This document shows positions 55,684 through 63,134 of a DNA stretch of 64,000 bases, piece by piece. How positions within the stretch are numbered: the stretch's first letter is position 1; each line of letters opens with the position of its first letter. Made by a program: the position numbers and the translations under genes. Origin of the DNA: a virus. The stretch is taken from positions 22,431 through 86,430 of the IMG/VR virus record IMGVR_UViG_3300020444_000002. One strand, 5' to 3'. The notes beneath the pieces were generated by a model that saw only the letters and a list, made by a program, of their open reading frames with translations, ran no database searches and had not been told where the DNA came from.

Positions 55684-55721
55684 AAAACTAGCGTGTATAC
55701 CATTCCACCACTCAGCCATTT

Positions 55722-55807
55722 TGGTGTGTCTGCTCGGATTTGAACCGAGATGAGCCGAAGCTCGGCAGGGTTTGAGCCTGCTGGGTCTACCGTTCCCCCA
55801 CAAACAC
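55722..55807 (-). tRNA. tRNA-Leu(CAA)
   Basis: GCAGG-CT-CAA-AC-CCTGC; ACCA. Confidence 0.93.
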
Positions 55808-55812
55808 ATATT

Positions 55813-56409
55813 TTACTTTTTGTTTGACCTAGCCAATAATGTAGCTCGTATCTTTGCTCTTGTTTCTTCTGGCATATTCTTGCCCTTCAGCCATGTTGTT
55901 TTGCCTTTTTTAGCCTCGGACATTTTTCTCTTGGTTTCATCGGAGTGTTTTCGCCCAGTGAATGAACCAACTAACTCACCTGATGCATATTTCTTCCTTA
56001 TCGTAACTCTACGTTTTTCGATAGCCTCAAGTGTCCGCACGCCGTTCATGTTTCTATTAACATGACCACGGTTCTTGCCACCCTTGGAGCGGAACTCACT
56101 GTTCGGTTGTAGAGCATTTATATATTCCCAACCGCCACTGCCACCTTCATGTAGGTTGTACTCTGGCTTTAAGAGCGCTATTAGTTTAATCTCCTCTGCG
56201 AGCATATCTGTTTCTTTATCAAAATCAAACAATATTTCTTTTTTAAAGTTCTCAAGCCCGTATTTAGCTTGTGCATGCTTCAAGTACTTACCAGAACCCA
56301 TGTATTTGTCGTTTACATTTTTCGTTCTGTGGCAGCCTATATAGGTTTTGCCGTTTATTTTATTGGTGATTTTATACACCAAATAGTGTTTTTGTGTTAC
56401 AATTTCCAT
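55813..56409 (-). CDS. GIY-YIG homing endonuclease with NUMOD3 repeats (Seg-like)
   Basis: VYKITN.INGK.YIG, YMGSG, YNL, GRKHSDETKRKMSEA. Confidence 0.92.
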   Translation of the reverse strand: MEIVTQKHYLVYKITNKINGKTYIGCHRTKNVNDKYMGSGKYLKHAQAKYGLENFKKEILFDFDKETDMLAEEIKLIALLKPEYNLHEGGSGGWEYINALQPNSEFRSKGGKNRGHVNRNMNGVRTLEAIEKRRVTIRKKYASGELVGSFTGRKHSDETKRKMSEAKKGKTTWLKGKNMPEETRAKIRATLLARSNKK

Positions 56410-56524
56410 AGAACCTCTTTGTGTTGATTTAAGCGTTAGACAGAGGGGTTCTTTTGTGTTAGAATAACCCTCTAGTCTAATTATAACGCTTTAGGTTTTT
56501 TTGGAATAAATTGTAAATAATTTG

Positions 56525-56595
56525 AGCTGCGCAAGGGAATCGAACCCTTGTGATTCGCTTTGCAGGCGAGCGCCTAGCCACTCGGCCAACGCAGC
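56525..56595 (-). tRNA. tRNA-Cys(GCA), no encoded CCA
   Basis: TCGC-CT-GCA-AA-GCGA; U73 followed by CAA. Confidence 0.9.
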
Positions 56596-56604
56596 ATATT
56601 TTTG

Positions 56605-56680
56605 TGGTGGCGTCGGCTGGACTTGAACCAGCGACTCAGAGCTTTTCAGGCTCCAGCTCTACCGACTGAGCTACAACGCC
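56605..56680 (-). tRNA. tRNA-Phe(GAA)
   Basis: GGAGC-CT-GAA-AA-GCTCT; ACCA. Confidence 0.93.
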
Positions 56681-56686
56681 ATAATT

Positions 56687-56764
56687 TGGTCAGAGCAGCA
56701 GGATTCGAACCTGCGGTCTCTCGCGTCCAAGGCGAGCATGTTGGCCTGGCTACACCACACTCTG
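56687..56764 (-). tRNA. tRNA-Pro(TGG)
   Basis: CTCGC-CT-TGG-AC-GCGAG; ACCA. Confidence 0.93.
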
Positions 56765-56770
56765 ATAATT

Positions 56771-56845
56771 TGGCTCCGCAGGCTGGATTCGAACCAGCAA
56801 CCTTCTCCTTAACAGGGAGCTGCGCTACCATTGCGCCACTACGGA
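56771..56845 (-). tRNA. tRNA-Asn(GTT)
   Basis: CTCC-CT-GTT-AA-GGAG; GCCA. Confidence 0.93.
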
Positions 56846-56852
56846 ATATATT

Positions 56853-56927
56853 TGGCGGACCGTACGGGACTCGAACCCGTTTCATTTCCGTGACAGGGAA
56901 ATATGTTAACCCATATACTAACAATCC
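56853..56927 (-). tRNA. tRNA-Asp(GTC)
   Basis: TTTCC-CT-GTC-AC-GGAAA; GCCA. Confidence 0.93.
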
Positions 56928-56933
56928 ATATTT

Positions 56934-57007
56934 TGGCAGGCAGTGAAGGTAACGCTCCCTCGTCTGTGGGTTTGGAATCCACTATTCTGCTATTGAACTA
57001 ACCACCT
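56934..57007 (-). tRNA. tRNA-Trp(CCA)
   Basis: GTGG(A)-TT-CCA-AA-(C)CCAC; atypical T-loop; GCCA. Confidence 0.88.
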
Positions 57008-57011
57008 GTAT

Positions 57012-57392
57012 TTGTAAGGCTTTGTTGATTTGTACCTTACTTCACCGATACCTAACGTAACATGTACAGAAGGCTCAAATCGGGAACAAATCCGGCGAGA
57101 GCTTTTGTTGGTACTCTCGTATGAGTGCGATGCCGAGGGGTGTTCGCTTATTCCTTCCTCGACCCTTACTAGTCTAGAGCTAGCAGATACGGCAGCGAAG
57201 CCGTTCTACACAACCATGCAGACGTCTGGCTATTCCAACATCAGTGTACAGAGCGTAGCCATAACCTACGATGTCTTAAACGCGCACGACCACTCGCCAC
57301 CCATCACGGTTTACCAGTCCCCTTGGGGGGTCACTTATAGCCCACTGCTGCTGTCCTACCGTGCCGAAGCCTTGTCCGTCATTGCGCTTATA
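57012..57392 (-). ncRNA. Candidate large structured ncRNA at the head of the tRNA operon (about 380 nt)
   Basis: GC-richer, no credible ORF, several hairpins (CCCC/GGGG, CGTAG/CTACG, ACGGC/GCCGT, CGAGG/CCTCG, CGAGAG/CTCTCG). Confidence 0.6.
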
Positions 57393-57414
57393 TTTATATT
57401 ATACCTAAATTGTT

Positions 57415-57447
57415 AAAGAAAAAGCAACCTCTTTTTAGGAGGCTGCT
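57415..57447 (-). terminator. Intrinsic terminator of attenuator 1
   Basis: AGCAGCCTC-CTAAAAA-GAGGTTGCT then TTTTCTTT. Confidence 0.85.
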
Positions 57448-57482
57448 CGGAGGTTTTTGTTTTCTATACTACACTGAGAAAA

Positions 57483-57560
57483 TTATGTCCGAGCGCCAAC
57501 CAAAAAGCTATCTGGATTCCAGAGCTGTGACGGCTGATGTTGTGTACATAATTCACTCAT
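57483..57560 (-). CDS. Leader peptide 1, MSELCTQHQPSQLWNPDSFLVGART
   Basis: ATG 6 nt after TATAAT (TTGTGT-N17-TATAAT); 3' end overlaps the antiterminator arm. Confidence 0.85.
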   Translation of the reverse strand: MSELCTQHQPSQLWNPDSFLVGART

Positions 57561-57610
57561 ACTTCTATTATACACCATCGTGTTTTAAAACACAAGCGTT
57601 TTTTCAATTT

Positions 57611-57634
57611 TGGTGACCGTTAGAAGATATGCCC
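57611..57634 (-). pseudogene. Internally deleted tRNA remnant
   Basis: GGGCATA-TC-TTC-TAACGGT fused directly to CACCA. Confidence 0.5.
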
Positions 57635-57637
57635 ATA

Positions 57638-57723
57638 TGGTGGCGCAGGAGGGAATCGCACCCACTCGACCCGAAGGACTGGTTTTACAGACCAGCTCGT
57701 CTGCTTTAACGAATTACTACGCC
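57638..57723 (-). tRNA. tRNA-Tyr(GTA)
   Basis: CTGGT-CT-GTA-AA-ACCAG, long variable arm, ACCA. Confidence 0.9.
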
Positions 57724-57729
57724 ATAGTT

Positions 57730-57804
57730 TGGTGACCTATGTGGGAGTTGAACCCACCTCTACAGCTTGAAGGGCTGTTATCCTTTCCGATAGACGAATA
57801 GGCC
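57730..57804 (-). tRNA. tRNA-Glu(TTC)
   Basis: ACAGC-CC-TTC-AA-GCTGT; ACCA. Confidence 0.92.
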
Positions 57805-57812
57805 ATGATGTT

Positions 57813-57836
57813 AAAAAATCGCCTCTTGGGGCGACT
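57813..57836 (-). terminator. Intrinsic terminator of attenuator 2
   Basis: AGTCGCC-CCAAGA-GGCGATT followed by T-run, just 5' of tRNA-Glu. Confidence 0.8.
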
Positions 57837-57865
57837 ACGGTTTTGACAAAAAGAAGAAGCCCCTG

Positions 57866-57910
57866 CTAAGAGTTATATTCTTCCTCGTAATAGCTTACTG
57901 AATTTGTCAT
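57866..57910 (-). CDS. Leader peptide 2, MTNSVSYYEEEYNS
   Basis: ATG 6 nt after TATAAT (TTGCGT-N17-TATAAT); TAT TAC GAG GAA GAA TAT run. Confidence 0.88.
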   Translation of the reverse strand: MTNSVSYYEEEYNS

Positions 57911-57998
57911 ACTACCATTATAACGTATTAGCCAAAATAACGCAACATTTTTATTAAAACGCTCTTGTTTTTTAATGCAACTTGCTTCATAATTAATA

Positions 57999-59102
57999 GT
58001 GAACATAAACAGGGGAAATAAGTTGAAAGAAAAACCGCTAAATATAAACAGCTACTACAGTAAAGTAGTTGGTGTAACATTTGAGGGCCGTCAGGATGTT
58101 ATAGGACTTATGGACGGTAGTGAGCAGTTGCGGTTCCGTCGAGAGCCAGAAAACGAATATGACAAAAATGCTGTTGCGGTTGACGCTCTTGTAACACATG
58201 TAGCGCCAGAACCAGAATGGCTTACTATTGGTTACATTGCAAAAGACAAAAACAAAGAGCTGGCAGAAGTACTTACTGATGGCAAATATGCTTCCATAAA
58301 AGTGAGTGATATAACGGGTGGTGGAGACAAGAGTTTCGGGGTTAATGTTCATATTGAACACGAACGAATAATCAAAAAACACCGTTCTGAAAATGCAGTT
58401 TTAGTAAAAGACTTTTTTGGCAATGAAATATTCTACAACCCTGTCGCACATGAATATACAAATGCACTAGGTGAAGTCTACCTTTCGGGGAGTGCCTATG
58501 CATCAGGTGAAGAATTTGATAGTGAATTCTGGGCCAAGAACACCGTTGACCGTTACAACCTACCAGATGAAGTAAAAGCTCAAATAATAGATATGTGGAA
58601 TATAAACGGTGAAGCGAGCCGCAGCTTCGGGACTGCTGTTCACGCAGCAATCGAACTTTATGGGAAGTACCGAGGGCTGGCAAAAGTTATTGACACAGAC
58701 TTAAAGACAAAAAAACGCAAAATGCTTGACTCTAAGACAGAGAAAAACTCTGCACTAAGTAAAATACCCTATTTAAGGGACGCAACCCTAAAATTCTTTA
58801 ACAAAGAACGTGCAGAAGAAAAAGCGGTTTATGAGGTGCTAGTAGTTGACCATGAACATAAACGCGCTGGTCGTATTGATCGTCTGGTGATAAAGGATAA
58901 CGGTACATTTGAGGTTCGGGACATGAAGACGAACTTTAAGCTTCCAAAAAAAGAGAGAGACGGCTACCAAAAGCAGCTAAGCTTCTACGCCGATATAATA
59001 TTAGCGAACGGTGGAACTCTTGGCGACAACCCAATAATGCTGCATCACTGGAAGGATGGAGAATGGGTCGATGTAAAGCTAGGAAAGATTGATACATTAT
59101 AA
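57999..59102 (+). CDS. HIRAN domain fused to PD-(D/E)XK exonuclease
   Basis: VVGVTF..RQ...REPENEYDKNAVAV...IGY; GTAVH..IE, AGRIDRL, DMKT, QLSFY. Confidence 0.85.
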   Translation: MNINRGNKLKEKPLNINSYYSKVVGVTFEGRQDVIGLMDGSEQLRFRREPENEYDKNAVAVDALVTHVAPEPEWLTIGYIAKDKNKELAEVLTDGKYASIKVSDITGGGDKSFGVNVHIEHERIIKKHRSENAVLVKDFFGNEIFYNPVAHEYTNALGEVYLSGSAYASGEEFDSEFWAKNTVDRYNLPDEVKAQIIDMWNINGEASRSFGTAVHAAIELYGKYRGLAKVIDTDLKTKKRKMLDSKTEKNSALSKIPYLRDATLKFFNKERAEEKAVYEVLVVDHEHKRAGRIDRLVIKDNGTFEVRDMKTNFKLPKKERDGYQKQLSFYADIILANGGTLGDNPIMLHHWKDGEWVDVKLGKIDTL

Positions 59103-59118
59103 AAAGGAGGTAAAAATA

Positions 59119-59643
59119 ATGCAGACTATAACAGTCTGTACGGATGCCGGACATAAGAAGTCACATAAACAATCAGTAGCAGTATGGGCAACATACATAC
59201 GCTCACCTTCCCAAACAACACATGCCTCTGGCATAATCAAACAATCAGTTAAGGGCAGTTCGCACGCCGAACTTTACGCACTAGCAAACGCCCTTCATAT
59301 AATTGGTAGGAATTACGACCTTAGCAAATACAGGCTAATAGTGTATTCAGATAATATGTACGCGATAAGAAACCACATAGACGGCACACTTGGTAGAACA
59401 AAAGAAGACTTTATGGATACATACAACAAGTTCATAAAGCCACAGATAAGCAAAGCAAAGCAATTTGAAGCTCGACATGTTAAAGGGCATCTTCCAAGGA
59501 GCCAATGGGGTCCAAGCCCGGCAAGGTTCTATATGCAAAACTGGTGCGACGAAGAAGTACATAGGGTGATGAAGGTTGCAATGAAAATTCATTTACAAAA
59601 GGTCAAACGCAACAAGATGTTTAAAAAAGCTTGTGTTTTATAA
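59119..59643 (+). CDS. Ribonuclease H-like protein
   Basis: TDAG, AELYA, YSD, HVKGH, N.CD; strong AGGAGG RBS. Confidence 0.88.
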   Translation: MQTITVCTDAGHKKSHKQSVAVWATYIRSPSQTTHASGIIKQSVKGSSHAELYALANALHIIGRNYDLSKYRLIVYSDNMYAIRNHIDGTLGRTKEDFMDTYNKFIKPQISKAKQFEARHVKGHLPRSQWGPSPARFYMQNWCDEEVHRVMKVAMKIHLQKVKRNKMFKKACVL

Positions 59644-61268
59644 CAAAAACGATTATAATTAAAAACACAAAGGAATATATGGGATATACAACAAAATTCA
59701 ACGGCGGGCTAAGATTTAACAGAGAGTTAACACATAAGGAGTGGGTTGAATTAAGAAACCTTGGCAATTGCTACGACACAGAAGTATACAAGGAATATAC
59801 CGAGACACCAGAGACGCTGCCGAGCAGCTACCTACAATGGCAACCAAACCCCGACGGGACAGAACTCGTCTGGAACGATCAGGAAAAATTTTATGATTAT
59901 ATCCATTGGCTGCGCTGGCTCATTAAGCATTACCTGAAACCACATAATATAGTCGTTAATGGCGAAATAATTTGGCAAGGTGAAGAAGTTGAAGACAGAG
60001 GAATCATAACAGCATATAATAATAAAATTACAACAAAAGCGCTTCAGATTGAGGGCATTGTGAAATGCCCCAGCTGTAGCTATAAATTTATACCAGGAGA
60101 AAATTAAATGAGTACATCGACATCTGTATTATTAACAATAATTGGTTCGACAATACTACTACTATTCCTAATGTTTGGGCTACCCCCTTACTTTGTCTGG
60201 CAAAAAGAACTATCTGGTAAAGCGCAGTTAGCAGAGGCCCAATTCAGCAAGCAGGTAAAGTTAGAGGAGGCTAAAGCTAACCTAGAAGCAGAGAAGCTCA
60301 ATGCACAATCAGAGATTGAGCGTGCAAAGGGAGCAGCTAAAGCTATAGAAATCGAAGGCGGTAAATTAACAGATGAATATATTAAATACCTCTGGGTGAG
60401 AAACCTTGCTAATGGTGATAATGAACTAATTTATATCCCTACAGAGGGCAACCTGCCAGTCTTAGAAGCTCCGAGGTTACAAAAATGAGCGTAACAATTA
60501 ACGGTATAACATACGAAGGAAATAACATAAAGGTTGTTAACAATAAAGTTTGGGTTAACGGTAAACGGGTAGATAACGCTAAGCCAGGTAAGAACGGCAT
60601 ACTTGGCATTGAGGTTACTGGTACCTTACATAACCTGGAAACAGATTTATCTGTAACATGTGACGATGTTACCGGCACTATACAAGCTGGTGGCTCCGTC
60701 GCTTGTGATAATGTAGGTGGTACTATTCAAGCTGGCGGAAGTGTAAACTGTGACAATGTTGGTGGGAGCGTAATGGCAGGTGGAAGCGTCAATTACGGCT
60801 AAAATAGCCCCTGTAACACGATTTAAAATAAAAAACGTACATAGTCCCATCTTTTGCGCTAAAACGCGTCAGACGGGCTTAGAAAGGCTCATAGCATGAA
60901 AAAAATTACAATAACCAATGTCGAAAACGGGTTTATCGTTGAAGTGACTAGTGAGGGACTCCAAAGTTTATTCGACCGTAGAGAAACCTTCGTAGCTAAA
61001 AGTGAGAATGAGCTAGTTGAGTTGGTGAAAAAATATGCAGGAAACGCCTAAAGAATTGGTTGGGTTTTGTGAAAGTTGTATAGAGTTTAAATACTTCACA
61101 CTTGCTGATGGTTGGGATTTTTTTAGTAACCCAAGCTTGTGTGAATGTGGGCACAGATATAGTACACGCATAGGTTATCAAGTAACAACACAAAGAACCT
61201 ATGACAGCTCAAAGGCAAAAAAACTTATTGCAGAATTTAAAAAAATAAAACAAAAACGCTTGCGCTAA
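59631..61268 (+). CDS. Hypothetical proteins, including a TM/coiled-coil band-7-like protein (60108-60488) and an AGGSV-repeat protein (60485-60802)
   Basis: YIPTE.NLPVLEA tail; three CD.V.G.(I/V).AGGSV repeats. Confidence 0.6.
60797..60891 (+). repeat. About 95-bp dispersed repeat, copy 3
   Basis: See copies at 5548 and 28333. Confidence 0.6.
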
Positions 61269-61336
61269 TACACTTCATTCTGTATAATAGTAATAGAGGT
61301 AAAGGCCTCGTAAACTAAAAAGAATGGAGTAAGTCA

Positions 61337-62020
61337 ATGAGCTTATCAAACCAATCAACAAACGTAAATCCTGTAAAGCATTATTTGCGGGTAAAAAGCG
61401 GTAGCGTAAACTACTACGACAAGGAAGAGCAGAAAAATATTGATGTTCCTACACCCTTGGAATTTGTAGTTCTGGACCAGTTAGCAACAGTCAAGGGCTG
61501 GAGCGACGCAGACCAGAGTGGCTACTGGAGTAACGAGGTAAGGTCTGCTGGACAAGATGTTCTGACTGTTCGCACAAAGAACGGCATCAAGGCAGAAGGT
61601 GTCTGGAAGGACATTAAAGGTAATTCAATGGTTGCAGGTGCGAAGTTTAATACTTCGGTGTACATTGCAACTAAAGGTCGTGACGGGCTTGAGATTCAAA
61701 ACATCGCATTTAGCGGTGCCGCTCTCAACGCTTGGATAGAGTTCGTTAACGCGAACAAGGGTGTCACAAGTGGCAAGGGCAAGGTTGTTATTACCGGCTT
61801 TGACGACGCTAAGAAGGGTGCTGTGAAATATCAGGTTCCACACTTCGAGGTAGCTGACATCACAGACACAGAGTTGGCAGAGGCCACAGAACTTGACAAG
61901 GAGTTGCAAGACTATTTGGAGGGATACTTCGCTAACCGTCGCAATGACGAGGTGCTGGAAACAGCAGCTTCTGTCAGCGGCGAAGACGAAGCGGTAGACT
62001 TGTCAGAGATTCCTTTCTAA
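61337..62020 (+). CDS. Probable single-stranded DNA-binding protein
   Basis: Beta-rich core, acidic tail ending DLSEIPF. Confidence 0.65.
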   Translation: MSLSNQSTNVNPVKHYLRVKSGSVNYYDKEEQKNIDVPTPLEFVVLDQLATVKGWSDADQSGYWSNEVRSAGQDVLTVRTKNGIKAEGVWKDIKGNSMVAGAKFNTSVYIATKGRDGLEIQNIAFSGAALNAWIEFVNANKGVTSGKGKVVITGFDDAKKGAVKYQVPHFEVADITDTELAEATELDKELQDYLEGYFANRRNDEVLETAASVSGEDEAVDLSEIPF

Positions 62021-62031
62021 GGTTCTCGATA

Positions 62032-62527
62032 TTAAAAACGCCCTTGGCTGTAATTAGCTAGGGGCGTTTTTATATTTTCAAAAATTAATGATATCTGGTG
62101 GAGGGGGTCAACTTTTTCTGGTATTGCATTTGTTAAGTGCGCTGCAATAATTCCTATTATTAATGGTGTTCCGTATTTTACAAGCCTGTTTTCGCTTTCC
62201 ATCCACCTATCAACTTGTTCACTAAGCAGTTCATCTTTTGGCGCTGCTATCTCATAGGCAAGGGTGCCTATACCTATTGCGGCCCATGCCTTTTCACTAG
62301 CTCTCATCCTCTAAAATCTTTCTTAGTGACTCCGCATCAATGGCCTCTGTTGCACAATCATCGGTGTACGATAGACTATATTCTATCTCTTCTCTTAGGG
62401 CAGTTATGGCTAGCGCTCTGGGCAGCATACCTATATCTGCCATTTCCATATATTCTTCAAAACGCTTACGCTGGTATTCTTTAATTTCTTGCTCTACGCT
62501 CTTTGGCGCTTTTTCGAAAGCCGTCAT
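62032..62527 (-). CDS. Two small hypothetical proteins (62032-62307 membrane, 62297-62527)
   Basis: ORFs converging on the bidirectional terminator at 62035-62071. Confidence 0.55.
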
Positions 62528-62751
62528 AATCTAACCCTCTAAACCTTTCTCTACCCCAATACGGCCTAACATTCTTAATGCTAGTTCCATACCGCGTTCA
62601 CATTGTTCGAGATAATTTTCCCAGTGTTCCCTTTGATCTGGAGTTAATTCCTTTGGGGCCGGCATATAGATTACATTATCTCTTTCCATATACTATAATT
62701 ATACACCAAACAAACAAAAAGCGCCACTAGGACGCTAATTTAATAATTTCT

Positions 62752-62770
62752 TGGTGGGGCTGGAAGGACT
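62752..62770 (-). pseudogene. Orphan tRNA 3' end
   Basis: AGT-CCTTC-CAGCCCC-A-CCA overlapping the HNH stop codon. Confidence 0.7.
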
Positions 62771-63134
62771 ACTTACGTTTCGCAGTCTCCATAGCCTTTG
62801 CAGCCCTACACACTCCACAACGACAGCCATAATTCCTGTAGGTAGCAAGATTGTGTTTTTTGGGGTAGGTTCTTTTACTTTTTCGAGCATCCTTGATATT
62901 ACAAAGAAGATGGCTATACGCAATATTATCTATACTGAAAAATAACTCAACTGGGTCATCGCTATTTAGCCAAGGTATAATGTGTTCTATAGAGAATGTT
63001 TCCCTAGTTAATTCGCCACCACAACGATAACATTTATGACCAGCTTTAATAGCGAAATCAAATAGTAAATTCTTTAATAGACGACCTTGTGCCGTGCTGG
63101 GATTCATACCCAGTTGCGCTTGTTTTGTGTTCAT
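62769..63134 (-). CDS. HNH endonuclease (paralogue of 54177-54566)
   Basis: QLGMNPSTA.GRL, KCYRC, TRETFSIEHIIPW, NI.YSH..CN. Confidence 0.85.
   Translation of the reverse strand: MNTKQAQLGMNPSTAQGRLLKNLLFDFAIKAGHKCYRCGGELTRETFSIEHIIPWLNSDDPVELFFSIDNIAYSHLLCNIKDARKSKRTYPKKHNLATYRNYGCRCGVCRAAKAMETAKRK

Larger units (their letters stand above)
55213..55717 (-). pseudogene. tRNA-Leu(TAG) split in the anticodon (5' half 55684-55717, 3' half 55213-55262)
   Basis: Halves rejoin to a full cloverleaf: acceptor GGCTGAG/CTTAGCC, anticodon arm CTAGT-TT-T|AG-AA-ACTAG. Confidence 0.88.

Noticed and set aside
55536-55703. N-terminal extension of ORF 55254-55703
   Set aside because: It runs through a tRNA gene and promoter; the real start is more likely the ATG at 55535.
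57012-57392. RNase P RNA
   Set aside because: Conserved P4 motifs (GAGGAAAGUCC and the 3' partner) were not found.
56602-57416. ORFs 56602-56946, 56646-56924 and 57030-57416
   Set aside because: They overlap tRNA genes or the structured RNA; likely spurious.
60655-60795. Tandem DNA repeat
   Set aside because: Explained by the protein repeat CD.V.G..AGGSV in ORF 60485-60802.
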